A stretch of 64,000 bases of DNA from Microcoleus sp. (lineage in GTDB: Bacteria; Cyanobacteriota; Cyanobacteriia; Cyanobacteriales; Microcoleaceae), in contig JAYFMW010000013.1 of assembly GCA_042408215.1 (NCBI GenBank), forward strand, positions 24,082-88,081, read 5' to 3'. This document shows, one piece after another, positions 1 to 10,483 of the stretch. The translations under genes were made by a program, and so were the position numbers. The notes beneath the pieces were generated by a model. It saw only the letters and a program-made list of their open reading frames with translations. It was not told where the DNA came from and ran no database searches. Every line of letters starts with the position of its first letter. The stretch's first letter is position 1.

Positions 1-2483
1 GTAAATCCAGAGCCATTAAAAGCCTCTTCCCGATTTGCCAACGGCGACGGTTGTAAAGGAATTCGAGGCAAATTCACCTCCTGAGACGGAGCAACGGCTC
101 CCAGAGATTCGGAGTTCGACAGTTGGGCGCTCACATCGCCCTGAGCCTTCGCATCCTCAGCGATTAGTGGCATCAGGACGGGGGAGGGATTTTGGTTTGA
201 CTGGCTGCTGTCGGTGGTCGGAGCGCTAGCAGTTTGACTGACAGTACCAGACTCTAGGAGTAAACCCAGCAGCCAATCGGTATTGAAAGTTAGCAGACAG
301 CCCGCGATCGCCCAAATCAAGGCAATTCTCGCCGCGCGATCGGCTCTGGCACCCCCAGCCCCCGCCACAGAAGTTAACAAACCGTCGTTAGGTACAAACA
401 TACCCGTGGCCACAAGCGATTGCACCACAGCAAGAACCAATTCCTCGCCCAGCTTGTAGCCCGGGAGCCGGATTTTGAAGCCTCGTCGCCAGTCCTCGGC
501 GAGGACATCAGGATTCAACAGCAAGTTTTCGGCCAAACCCACAAAATTTACATCCTCCGGCGACGGCGCAAACTCCGGCACCGGTTCTGTTTCAAAGACA
601 GCCCGGTTCGAGTCAACCGGGGTCGCCACCAGGGCTGATTCCTCACCAACCGCCGTTCCCAGATCCAGCCCGTAGCGCCACAGGGGCCTCTTTGACAGTT
701 TTTTATCAAAGAGACCCTGACCGGCGCGACGGCCGTAGACCCGCACCCCAGCCACTCCCGCAATTTGTAGCTGTCGCAAGAATTTAGCCACCGGCGGCCC
801 CACCTTCGACTGAGAAGGGCAAGTCAGAGCTTCTGTCATGACGTGTAAGACGTCGCCTTTGTGCAGCACGACAGCCTGAATCCCCCCTGTTTCCAGCTTG
901 CGGTTGAGATTGGGATTGAGCAACCTGTTGATTAAAAAAGTCAAGGCCGACCGATCGCCACTTGCCGCTAGCGTTCTGGGGTGTGGTGCTAAGTCTGGGT
1001 GGTGGGCGGCCGGCAAGTCCACCCATTCGATCCAGACCGGCTTCTCCGGCTCAGCTTTGCTGTCGGTGACTGGTTCTACGCCGTAGAGAGTAGCCGCGCG
1101 GATGCCTTGGGGCGCGAAGGAGGCAAGCATTGGGGCGATCGCGTCGGTAGTTTTCTGCTGATTGGGGTATTCTTGCCCTTTCGGCTGTTGCCCTTTTCGG
1201 GAAACCTTGCTGCAAAACAGGTGTAGGGTTGCTTCCTTGAGGGTTGCCCGCACTTCCACCTTTGACGGGGCTAAGTGTTGATTGAGCAATTTGGCGATCG
1301 CCTGGACATCTCCCCAGCGGGCCCATTCCTTCAAAATTTGGTCCGGCGTCGTCAAGTCTACCCGCAGCAGCCAGTCTGGCCTAGCTTCGCCGCTCACTTG
1401 GCTACCAATCACCGCATCCCGGAAATTCTCTAGTTTTAGCTTCCGCAGCCGAAGAGCGATCGGTTCTGCCAACAGGGAGGGATCGGGGCTGTAAGCTGAC
1501 TCGCACAGCACTAGCAGCCGTCGCTCCTTGGATTTGACATTGGCCGACTCATGCAGTTGCAGAGTTTCCGGGCTGCTTTTGAGTTCTTGTTCGCGAACGC
1601 TAACTTTCACCGCAACTCCCATCGGGCCGAGGATTTCGCTCAGATAGCTGGCGATCGCATCTGGATAGCCCAGGCGAGCCAAACTTTCAGCGGAAACTGC
1701 CAGAGTTGGGCCGCGATCGTTGTCGTTGTCGCCCAAGAGGGCAGATTTGGCCAATGTCGCCACCCCCCCAGGAAACCTCTGTTGCGGGGCTGTTTCTGGC
1801 GAGTTCCAATCCACGGGGGGACTGGATGCTGAACTTGCCGAGGTGTCGATCGTGATCGGAGAAGTTTCAAAAACTTCTGGGTATGAAATGCGCTCGGCAA
1901 TGGGCAGACAGTCGCTGTCAAATTCGAGTTCTTCGCGCACCTGTGGCGCACTGAACGAAGTTTCTACTGTCTGAGGGGTGTTTTTGAGTTTCTGGTTTTG
2001 ATGCTGGAATTTGCCGAAAAAGCCACCTCTTTTAGCTTTTGTCGGCGGTTCGTCAGGGGGAGTCGCCGGCATGGTTCGACTACGCTCACCAACCACCGCC
2101 GGGGGCCCGGATGGGGGCTCTGTCGCAGTGGGCGGGGAAATTTCCGGCTCGCCCTCGTCCGAGATCCTCTTGCTGCTGCAATCGAGCCGCACAGTCCAGT
2201 CATTTTGTCGCGCACCGAGTTTGCGCCCGCACAAAAACAACTGATAAATTTTCGGTCGATCGGGCGGCAGTAGTTTCGTGAAATCAGTCTGTTCTAGGGC
2301 CGATGTAAATCTAGCCGTCACCAATTCTTGAGACGGACAGTACATTGCTTCGCACAGAATGTGCAGGTGATTTCCCCGCAACCGCACCTGTACCTGAACT
2401 TCGGGCAGCCCCAAAGCTTCCTGCGCCCACTGCGACGCGGGCGATCGATTGTCTGCCAATATACTCCCGTTCGCATTCAACAT
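1..2483 (-). CDS. Large conserved cyanobacterial membrane-anchored protein, probably DUF1574 family (5' part; runs off the left edge)
   Basis: Manually read open frame from ATG at 2483 (MLNANGSILADNRSPASQWAQEALGLPEVQVQVRLRGNHLHILCE...WARWGDVQAIA...) to the edge with no stop found. Hydrophobic segment IALIWAIAGCLLTF. Missing from the ORF track because it has no stop in the window. Family name is from recollection of similar N-termini. Confidence 0.75.
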   Translation of the reverse strand, partial: MLNANGSILADNRSPASQWAQEALGLPEVQVQVRLRGNHLHILCEAMYCPSQELVTARFTSALEQTDFTKLLPPDRPKIYQLFLCGRKLGARQNDWTVRLDCSSKRISDEGEPEISPPTATEPPSGPPAVVGERSRTMPATPPDEPPTKAKRGGFFGKFQHQNQKLKNTPQTVETSFSAPQVREELEFDSDCLPIAERISYPEVFETSPITIDTSASSASSPPVDWNSPETAPQQRFPGGVATLAKSALLGDNDNDRGPTLAVSAESLARLGYPDAIASYLSEILGPMGVAVKVSVREQELKSSPETLQLHESANVKSKERRLLVLCESAYSPDPSLLAEPIALRLRKLKLENFRDAVIGSQVSGEARPDWLLRVDLTTPDQILKEWARWGDVQAIAKLLNQHLAPSKVEVRATLKEATLHLFCSKVSRKGQQPKGQEYPNQQKTTDAIAPMLASFAPQGIRAATLYGVEPVTDSKAEPEKPVWIEWVDLPAAHHPDLAPHPRTLAASGDRSALTFLINRLLNPNLNRKLETGGIQAVVLHKGDVLHVMTEALTCPSQSKVGPPVAKFLRQLQIAGVAGVRVYGRRAGQGLFDKKLSKRPLWRYGLDLGTAVGEESALVATPVDSNRAVFETEPVPEFAPSPEDVNFVGLAENLLLNPDVLAEDWRRGFKIRLPGYKLGEELVLAVVQSLVATGMFVPNDGLLTSVAGAGGARADRAARIALIWAIAGCLLTFNTDWLLGLLLESGTVSQTASAPTTDSSQSNQNPSPVLMPLIAEDAKAQGDVSAQLSNSESLGAVAPSQEVNLPRIPLQPSPLANREEAFNGSGF

Positions 2484-2628
2484 GGGACTACCGATTTTAG
2501 ATTTCTGATTTGAGATTTTAGATTAAAGAATTGAAGAGTCGTCTCAAGGAAGAGGACAGCCAGTTACTATACTTACAGTATTTCGTTAACCTGTAAACTG
2601 GGGTAACAGAAAACCCCAGGAGGGATTT

Positions 2629-2853
2629 ATGCCGTCGGAAAACCAAGATTTGCCAAAAACTCCCACACCTAACAGTCGAAATTTGCCAATTTCCTCAGAT
2701 ATTTTCTTGAGCTTAGCCGCCTTACCGCTGCTGGGCGGGTTGCTGGTGGCATCATCTGCTGCCGAGTTGGTTAGCTCGATCGGCATTGAAAGCGAGGAAG
2801 TGTTTCGGGGTTCCCGTCTCCCGGTTCTCAAATTTCCCCACTCACAGCATTAG
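2629..2853 (+). CDS. Small conserved hypothetical membrane protein
   Basis: 74 aa, one hydrophobic helix, C-terminal SEEVFRGSRLPVLKFP motif typical of a cyanobacterial small protein. GGAGG upstream. Confidence 0.7.
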   Translation: MPSENQDLPKTPTPNSRNLPISSDIFLSLAALPLLGGLLVASSAAELVSSIGIESEEVFRGSRLPVLKFPHSQH

Positions 2854-2946
2854 AAAGCAGAAACCTTTACTGCTCCCTAAGTAAAATTAACACTTCAGCC
2901 GGGAAGTCCCGCGCCAAATCCACTTCGGTGAGAGTCGGGTAGTTCG

Positions 2947-3014
2947 CGTTGTCTCATATTTGACTGCAAAAAAAAGTTTTTCACGTTGTCTCATATTTGA
3001 CCGCAAAAAAAAGT
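2947..3014. repeat. Direct tandem duplication (37-bp period) upstream of ppc
   Basis: CGTTGTCTCATATTTGAC(T/C)GCAAAAAAAAGT at 2947 and 2984. Confidence 0.85.
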
Positions 3015-3077
3015 GTTTTTGGTAAGACTAAACCATACAATTTTCTAGACACCAGCAGCTATTGAGGAACAGGCCCG

Positions 3078-6000
3078 ATGAGTTCAGTCCGACCGTCTTC
3101 AGAACAGGCTATTAATCCAACATCTATTTCCCATTCTTCTCCCCACTCAAAATCAGACCTGTTTCTGCGCAATCGCCTCAAAATAGTAGAGGACTTGTGG
3201 GAATCGGTGCTGCGACAAGAGTGCGGGCAGGAATTGGTAGACTTGCTTCAGCAAATGCGATCGGTCAATTCCGCCGAGGGACAGGCCACTCACTTTCGGG
3301 AATCCAACGTCTTGCAGCTAATCGAAAAGCTCGACCTCAACGCCGCAATTCGCGCCGCACGGGCTTTTGCACTGTATTTTCAGTTAATCAATATTGTCGA
3401 ACAGCACTACGAACAGCGAGACCAACAGTTAGCTTATGCTGGTAGCAGCAGCGCAGGGGGGCGGACGTTTTCTAAGTTACCGGGACACGCAATGGATGCG
3501 CCCGATCGCCCGCGACACAGAGAAGGCCCAGGCCCGTCTGGGACGGCTCCGGGAACGACAAACAGCAGCGAGACGATCGCCCAAGATGCCGGCACTTTTC
3601 ACCAACTGTTCCCGATGCTGCTGCGCTTGAACGTACCTAGCCAGCAAATCCAGCGCTTAATCGATCAGTTGGACATCCGCTTAGTATTTACAGCCCACCC
3701 CACGGAAATAGTCCGCCACACCATCCGCACCAAACAGCGGCGGATGGCGAAGATTCTCCAACAACTAGATCAAGTAGACGAGAAATTTCCGGTGGTTGAG
3801 ACAGACTCTCAAAGTCCCTACTCGGTGTCTTCCTGGGAAGCTGCGGCCCTCCAAGAGCAACTGATGGAAGAAATTCGCCTGTGGTGGCGCACAGACGAAC
3901 TGCACCAGTTCAAGCCGACTGTGCTTGACGAGGTGGAGTACACTCTGCACTACTTTGATGAAGTGCTATTTGATGCGATTCCCGAACTCTACCACCGCCT
4001 CAAGCAAGCACTCCACGCTTCTTACCCTTATCTGAAACCACCGAGTTACAATTTTTGCAAATTCGGTTCTTGGGTGGGATCGGACAGGGATGGTAATCCT
4101 TCAGTGACTCCCAAGGTGACTTGGCAAACCGCTTGCTATCAGCGCCATTTGGTGCTATGTAAGTACATCGGCGCGGTGAAGCGCCTCAACGATCTGTTGA
4201 GTCTGTCGCTACACTGGAGCGATGTGCTCCCGGAATTGCTGGAATCTCTCGATCGCGATAAATCAGAATTCCCCGAAGTTTACGATCTGTGGGCGATTCG
4301 CTACCGCCAAGAACCTTACCGCCTGAAGCTGGCTTACGTACTCCAGCGGCTGGAAAATACGCGCGATCGGAATTGGCGGCTCTACAAAGGAGACGAGTTA
4401 CAGCGGGAGCGGGAGGCTTTGTCAGAACATCCCGGAATGTCGGGGCTTTATCGATCGGGCGCTGACTTTTTGGAGGAGTTGCGGTTGATCGAGCGCAATT
4501 TAGTCGAAACTGGTTTGAGTTGTCGAGACTTGGAAAATCTGCTTTGTCAAGTAGAAATTTACGGGTTTAATTTGGCTTACCTAGATCTCCGCCAAGAATC
4601 AACAGTACACTCCGATGCTTTGAGCGAAGTTGCTGAATACTTGCAAATTTTGCCAAAGCCTTACAATCAAATGACGGAATCGGAGCGAGCTCTTTGGCTC
4701 GCAACTGAACTGCAAACCCGTCGCCCTTTAATTCCAGCAGAATTGCCCTTTTCTGAAAAAACTTGCGAGACGATCAATACCTTCCGAGTATTGCGGCAAA
4801 TGCACCAGGAGTTTGGCCCGGAAATTTGCGAAACTTACGTGATCAGCATGAGTCACGATGTCAGCGATTTGCTGGCGGTTTTACTATTAGCAAAAGAAGC
4901 CGGACTTTACGATCCATCCACAGGGATTAGCAGCGTTCAAGTAGTCCCTCTGTTTGAAACAGTGGAAGATTTGAAAAAAGCGCCGTCCGTGATGCAGCAG
5001 GTATTTGAACTGCCGCTTTATCGCGCTTTACTAGCTGGAGGTTACGCTGCTGCGAAGGCTCAGGAACTGTCCGAGCATTCCCCTTCCGTTTCCTTACAAG
5101 AGGTGATGCTGGGCTATTCTGACAGCAATAAAGATTCTGGTTTCCTCAGCAGCAACTGGGAAATTCAAAAAGCTCAAAAGGCTTTGCAAGTGGTGGCGGA
5201 AAAGCACGGTGTGGAATTGCGAATTTTTCACGGCCGGGGCGGTTCCGTAGGGCGCGGCGGCGGGCCTGCTTACAAGGCAATTTTGGCTCAACCCGGAAAG
5301 AGTATTAACGGGCGAATTAAGATTACCGAACAAGGCGAAGTTTTGGCTTCTAAATATTCTTTGCCGGAGTTGGCGCTTTACAATTTAGAAACTGTGGCGG
5401 CAGCGGTAATTCAAGCTAGTTTGCTGCACACGGGTTTTGATGGCATCGACCCTTGGAATGAGATTATGGAGGAGTTGGCGGCTAAGTCGCGATCGCACTA
5501 CCGCCACTTAATCTACGAACAGCCAGATTTAGTCGATTTCTTCCATCATGTTACCCCGATTCAAGAAATCAGTCAGTTGCAAATTAGTTCTCGCCCAGCC
5601 CGCCGCGGCGGCAAGAAAGACATCAGCGGTTTGCGGGCAATTCCGTGGGTGTTTAGCTGGACTCAAAGCCGCTTTTTGCTACCTTCTTGGTACGGTGTCG
5701 GCACAGCTTTGCAAGAGTTTTTGCTAGAGGAACCAGAAGAAAACCTGAAACTTTTGCAGTATTTCTACTTGAAATGGCCGTTTTTTAGAATGGTGATTTC
5801 TAAGGTGGAAATGACTTTATCTAAAGTGGATTTGCAGATTGCAGAACACTACGTCAGAGAGCTATCTCTTCCTGCCGATCGAGTACGTTTTAATGCTTTG
5901 TTTGAGCAAATTTCTGCGGAATATCACCTGATTCGCGGTTTGGTTTTAACTATTGCCGGACACCAACGTTTGTTGGACGGAGATCCGTCATTGCAGCGTT

Positions 6001-6191
6001 CCGTGCAGTTGCGAAATGCGACGATTGTGCCTCTGGGTTTGTTGCAGGTTTCGCTGCTGAAACGCTTGCGGCAGCACGGTGGCGGCGGAGTTCCGGGGGT
6101 AATTCACTCGCGTTACAGCAAGGGCGAATTGTTGCGGGGTGCTCTGCTGACAATTAATGGAATTGCTGCGGGGATGCGGAATACGGGTTGA
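3078..6191 (+). CDS. ppc: Phosphoenolpyruvate carboxylase
   Basis: [52 protein letters not shown] and terminal MRNTG motifs. Confidence 0.99.
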   Translation: MSSVRPSSEQAINPTSISHSSPHSKSDLFLRNRLKIVEDLWESVLRQECGQELVDLLQQMRSVNSAEGQATHFRESNVLQLIEKLDLNAAIRAARAFALYFQLINIVEQHYEQRDQQLAYAGSSSAGGRTFSKLPGHAMDAPDRPRHREGPGPSGTAPGTTNSSETIAQDAGTFHQLFPMLLRLNVPSQQIQRLIDQLDIRLVFTAHPTEIVRHTIRTKQRRMAKILQQLDQVDEKFPVVETDSQSPYSVSSWEAAALQEQLMEEIRLWWRTDELHQFKPTVLDEVEYTLHYFDEVLFDAIPELYHRLKQALHASYPYLKPPSYNFCKFGSWVGSDRDGNPSVTPKVTWQTACYQRHLVLCKYIGAVKRLNDLLSLSLHWSDVLPELLESLDRDKSEFPEVYDLWAIRYRQEPYRLKLAYVLQRLENTRDRNWRLYKGDELQREREALSEHPGMSGLYRSGADFLEELRLIERNLVETGLSCRDLENLLCQVEIYGFNLAYLDLRQESTVHSDALSEVAEYLQILPKPYNQMTESERALWLATELQTRRPLIPAELPFSEKTCETINTFRVLRQMHQEFGPEICETYVISMSHDVSDLLAVLLLAKEAGLYDPSTGISSVQVVPLFETVEDLKKAPSVMQQVFELPLYRALLAGGYAAAKAQELSEHSPSVSLQEVMLGYSDSNKDSGFLSSNWEIQKAQKALQVVAEKHGVELRIFHGRGGSVGRGGGPAYKAILAQPGKSINGRIKITEQGEVLASKYSLPELALYNLETVAAAVIQASLLHTGFDGIDPWNEIMEELAAKSRSHYRHLIYEQPDLVDFFHHVTPIQEISQLQISSRPARRGGKKDISGLRAIPWVFSWTQSRFLLPSWYGVGTALQEFLLEEPEENLKLLQYFYLKWPFFRMVISKVEMTLSKVDLQIAEHYVRELSLPADRVRFNALFEQISAEYHLIRGLVLTIAGHQRLLDGDPSLQRSVQLRNATIVPLGLLQVSLLKRLRQHGGGGVPGVIHSRYSKGELLRGALLTINGIAAGMRNTG

Positions 6192-6224
6192 TCGTTTTGA
6201 GTTGATTACTTGTTACCCGAAGTC

Positions 6225-7580
6225 AGGAGACGGCATTGCCGTTTCCCTACAATATTATTTTGGGTAGGGAGACTCAAGCGTGCCCATTGGTGTCAACTTA
6301 AGCCTGAAAGCCTTTGTATCTCTCGTTCATAGCCGAGTCTAGATCCCCCTAAATCCCCCTTAAGAAGGGGGACTTTGAAAAGACTCCTGTCCCCCCCTTC
6401 TTAAGGGGGGCTAGGGGGGATCTAGATTTAATAGTCAAACAACAGTCTATGACTGGGTTTGACCTTAAGTTGACACCTATGGGCAATGCCGTTTCCCTAC
6501 AGTATTATTTTGGGTAGGGAGACGGCAATGCTGTTTCCCTACAGTATTATTTTGGGTAGGGACACGGCAATGCTGTTTCCCTACAGTATTATTTTGGGTA
6601 GGCAGACTTGTTACCTGAAATTAGGAGACTCAAGCGTGCCCATTGGTGTCAACTTAAGCCTGAAACCCTTGGTATCTCTCGTTCATAGCCAAGTCTAGAT
6701 CCCCCTAAATCCCCCTTAAGAAGGGGGACTTTGAGAAGACTCCTGTCCCCCCCTTCTTAAGGGGGGCTAGGGGGGATCTAGATTTAATAGTCAAACAACA
6801 GTCTATGACTGGGTTTGACCTTAAGTTGACACCTATGGGCAATGCCGTTTCCCTACAGTATTATTTTGGGTAGGGAGACGGCAATGCTGTTTCCCTACAG
6901 TATTATTTTGGGTAGGGAGACGGCAATGCTGTTTCCCTACAGTATTATTTTGGGTAGGCAGACTTGTTACCTGAAATTAGGAGACTCAAGCGTGCCCATA
7001 GGTGTCAACTTAAGCCTGAAACCCTTGGTATCTCTCGTTCATAGCCAAGTCTAGATCCCCCTAAATCCCCCTTAAGAAGGGGAGTAGGGGGTGACGAAAG
7101 AGAAGACTCCTGTCCCCCCCTTCTTAAGGGGGGCTAGGGGGGATCTAGATTTAATAGTCAAACAACAGTCTATGACTGGGTTTGACCTTAAGTTGACACC
7201 TATGGGCAATGCCGTTTCCCTACAGTATTATTTTGGGTAGGGAGACGGCAATGCTGTTTCCCTACAGTATTATTTTGGGTAGGGAGACGGCAATGCTGTT
7301 TCCCTACAGTATTATTTTGGGTAAGCAGACTTGTTACCTGAAATTAGGAGACTCAAGCGTGCCCATAGGTGTCAACTTAAGCCTGAAACCCTTGGTATCT
7401 CTCGTTCATAGCCAAGTCTAGATCCCCCTAAATCCCCCTTAAGAAGGGGGACTTTGAGAAGACTCCTGTCCCCCCCTTCTTAAGGGGGGCTAGGGGGGAT
7501 CTAGATTTAATAGTCAAACAACAGTCTATGACTGGGTTTGACCTTAAGTTGACACCTATGGGCATTGCCGTGTCCTCTAT
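6225..7580. repeat. Tandem array of four ~356-bp composite units (GTAG-REP hairpins plus a 205-bp MITE)
   Basis: MITE copies at 6281-6485, 6637-6841, 6993-7208 and 7360-7564 with 22-bp TIR TGCCCAT(T/A)GGTGTCAACTTAAG. Each contains a CCCCCTAAATCCCCCTTAAG...CTTAAGGGGGGCTAGGGGGG hairpin. Copies are separated by ~39-bp repeats carrying GTAGGGAGACGGCAATGCTGTTTCCCTAC. Confidence 0.92.
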
Positions 7581-7611
7581 CATGTCTGAGTACAACCGGA
7601 ATTGCTATAAC

Positions 7612-8280
7612 TTAAAGCTGAGTTGGATCGATACCCAACTCTTTCAGTTTTGCAGCCATGCGATCGCGCTGTTGTTCGATTTCATCGCGCTGTTCCATTA
7701 ACTCTACATAAGACAAAAACCGCTTTCCATCGGGACGAATCACCTCTAACTCTGGTTCTGCAAACACAAACCGGACTCCTAGACGTGGACTGATCCACCC
7801 ATCCAAGCATTCAATTACTGTTAGTCCTGTGTCGTCTTTTTGCCATCCAGTTAGATCGTTACGATCGGGATCGTAGAGGTAATATTCTTCTACACCAAAG
7901 CGGCTATAAAACTGCAACTTCAGCGCCATTTCCGATAAAGTATTTCCGGGGGACAAAATCTCAAAGACGACTTGTGGAGCGATATTATCTTCTAGCCATT
8001 GCTGGTAAGACCCTCGATATCCCTTGGGTCTGCCAAATACCACCATAGCATCAGGGGCGCGCCTCGTCTTATTGTCGCCTTCGACGGGATACCAGAGTAA
8101 ATCGCCGGCTACGAATACAGTTGGATTATCTTTAAATAAGGCTTCGCATCCTTCTTTTAGTTTGACAATCCAAGCAAATTGGAGCGTGTTATCTGACATA
8201 GGCTGTCCATCGCTATCTGGATACAGGACTTTTTCTGGTTGTTTCGTTAGCGGTGGCTGAGTTTGTAGTTGAGGAGTCAT
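7612..8280 (-). CDS. Uma2 (DUF820) family putative endonuclease
   Basis: YPDSDGQPMSDNT, APDAMVVFG, VVFEILSPGN, GVEEYYLYDP and a C-terminal coiled tail. Confidence 0.93.
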   Translation of the reverse strand: MTPQLQTQPPLTKQPEKVLYPDSDGQPMSDNTLQFAWIVKLKEGCEALFKDNPTVFVAGDLLWYPVEGDNKTRRAPDAMVVFGRPKGYRGSYQQWLEDNIAPQVVFEILSPGNTLSEMALKLQFYSRFGVEEYYLYDPDRNDLTGWQKDDTGLTVIECLDGWISPRLGVRFVFAEPELEVIRPDGKRFLSYVELMEQRDEIEQQRDRMAAKLKELGIDPTQL

Positions 8281-8523
8281 TTGAGTGGCACTAGAAACTT
8301 CTAAATCTTATTATAACTAATGAGACTGAGAGGGAACGCGATCGGGTACTTTTTCAGGTAAGACAATTTGTGTTTTAAATTTAACCGCAGATGGGGATCT
8401 GATCGGCGCTGATGAACGCAGATAAAGACTTAGAAAGATGTTTTGGAGTGGTTTAAATCTCAAGGTTGTAGTAAAATTGACAAGGAAATTAAGTCTTAAT
8501 GTTTTACCGTACCCTAAAAGATT

Positions 8524-9203
8524 ATGACAGCAACAAAAGAGAAAATCTGGACAGTCGAAGAATATCACCGGATGATTGAGGCTGGTATTCTCAATGAGGA
8601 CGATCGCATTGAACTGCTAGATGGGAGAATTGTTGAAATGATTCTTCAAACACCAATCCATGCTGGTACAACCCAGCGCAGCGATCGATACAGCAGTTCC
8701 CGCTGTTATGAAACACGGTAGGGACACTCCAAGAGCCGTGTCCCTACGAGGATTGAACGATAAGTGGGTGTACCTCATAACAGCGGTTTCCGCTGTATCT
8801 ACAACACCTGCTAAGAGATTTAGCATAAATTCGCGTTCAGTTGCCAATTACTTTAGCGACTTCGGAACCGGAACCAGATATAGCTGTTGTTCGTATCGCT
8901 CCGGGCGGTTATGGCGATCGTCACCCAAACCCTAGCGAAATCTTGCTGTTAATTGAGGTTTCCTACTCGACATTACAAATTGACCGCCGGGAAAAAAACC
9001 TGATTTATGCTAGAGCAAATATCGCTGAATATTGGATTTTAGATGTAGCTGCGCGCGAAGCATATATTTACCGTAATCCTGCACCGGGAGGCTATCAATC
9101 TGAGATAGTTATTGCAGATAATGCTGTGATGAGAATGCTAGCTTTTCCTGAGATTGAAATTATTTTTTCCGAACTGTTTTTGCCTGTTGAGTTGGTATTT
9201 TAG
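8524..9203 (+). pseudogene. Uma2 family endonuclease, disrupted by a MITE and a nonsense codon
   Basis: N-part WTVEEYHRMIEAGIL..RIELLDGRIVEM; C-part SEPEPDIAVV..LLIEVSYST..IAEYWILD. Insert at 8691-8795; in-frame TAA in ...GAT TTA GCA TAA ATT CGC GTT CAG. Confidence 0.9.
8691..8795. mobile_element. 105-bp MITE with TA target-site duplication, carrying a GTAG-REP hairpin
   Basis: Imperfect 21-bp TIR CAGCAGTTCCCGCTGTTATGA / TCATAACAGCGGTTTCCGCTG, with TA on both sides. The empty site is present in the duplicate copy near 9950. Confidence 0.92.
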
Positions 9204-9215
9204 AGCATATTCCAT

Positions 9216-9896
9216 ATGAGCCTTAGCCCGAAAAAAATTAAGCCTAGTGTTGAGTTTTTAGTTACTGTCGGAGTTCTATTAGTCATAGCTATTGTAGGAA
9301 AACCAACTGCGCGATGGGCTAAAGCTACATACGATGCTTACAAAGCAAACACAACAATATTGACAGCATCAGATACAGAATATCGTCGTCTCCTTGCGAT
9401 AATTCAATCTCAACAACCTGGTCAGACTTTAAACCAACCTATTCCTGTAAAGTTAGCCATTCCAGAGAAGATATTCCAGGCTGCGATCTCACCTGATTTA
9501 TTAGGTAGAAGTAGTCAATACGAACCTCATACCAGTAATGGAAAACTTGCCTGCGCTTGGATGGTTAATATGGCTGTGAAGAAAGCATTGAACTATCAAA
9601 TTGGCCAAAATCCTCTCTATGTTCCATCCGTTGTTGAGGCTCTAGATGGTGGAATCGGGCATCGGGTAGAACAAGGTCATACAAGACGCGGTGACATCGC
9701 GGTTGCTAATGGTACGGACTATGACAAAGGGCTTTGGCATATCGGAATTTGTGCAAACGATAAATGTACTCTCATTCTATCCAACTCCCCTTTTACCACT
9801 CGATTTGAGTGGTTATCTGATGCGAGCTTTGAAGGTGCTTTTGACGATTACCCTGGTAAGACTACGTTCTATCGAGTAATTAAAAGCAATCCGTGA
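9216..9896 (+). CDS. Secreted or membrane-anchored hypothetical protein, possible Cys/His peptidoglycan peptidase (NlpC/P60 or CHAP-like)
   Basis: N-terminal hydrophobic helix; LACAWMVN ... GDIAV ... WHIGIC arrangement resembling a Cys-His dyad. Confidence 0.65.
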   Translation: MSLSPKKIKPSVEFLVTVGVLLVIAIVGKPTARWAKATYDAYKANTTILTASDTEYRRLLAIIQSQQPGQTLNQPIPVKLAIPEKIFQAAISPDLLGRSSQYEPHTSNGKLACAWMVNMAVKKALNYQIGQNPLYVPSVVEALDGGIGHRVEQGHTRRGDIAVANGTDYDKGLWHIGICANDKCTLILSNSPFTTRFEWLSDASFEGAFDDYPGKTTFYRVIKSNP

Positions 9897-9934
9897 AATA
9901 TTTACAAACACCAAGTCTGAAATCTCCTCATCTG

Positions 9935-10386
9935 CCCAGCGCAGCGATCGATATCTACAACACCTGCTAAGAGATTTAGCATAAATTCGCGTTCAGTTGC
10001 CAATTACCTTAGCGACTTCGGAACCGGAACCAGATATAGCTGTTGTTCGTATCGCTCCGGGCGGTTATGGCGATCGTCACCCAAACCCTAGCGAAATCTT
10101 GCTGTTAATTGAGGTTTCCTACTCGACATTACAAATTGACCGCCGGGAAAAAAACCTGATTTATGCTAGAGCAAATATCGCTGAATATTGGATTTTAGAT
10201 GTAGCTGCGCGCGAAGCATATATTTACCGTAATCCTGCACCGGGAGGCTATCAATCTGAGATAGTTATTGCAGATAATGCTGTGATGAGAATGCTAGCTT
10301 TTCCTGAGATTGAAATTATTTTTTCCGAACTGTTTTTGCCTGTTGAGTTTGGGTTTTATTTTTCACCGCAGATGGGGAGCAGATAA
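9935..10386 (+). pseudogene. 5'-truncated duplicate of the Uma2 pseudogene
   Basis: 9935-10349 is near-identical to 8672-9193 minus the MITE and shares the same premature TAA. Confidence 0.9.
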
Positions 10387-10483
10387 GCGCTGATGAACGC
10401 AGATAAAGATTTAGAAAGATGTTTGGAAGTGGTTTAAATTTCAAGGTTGTGGTAAAATATAAAAATGAATTCAAGGTTGTTTT

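Noticed and set aside
35..2513. Many short ORFs in the track
   Set aside because: Shadows of the long minus-strand CDS at 1-2483
6225..7580. CRISPR array, or three 70-aa genes (6486, 6842, 7209)
   Set aside because: Inter-repeat sequences are identical rather than unique spacers and there are no cas genes; the ORFs are translations of the repeat unit
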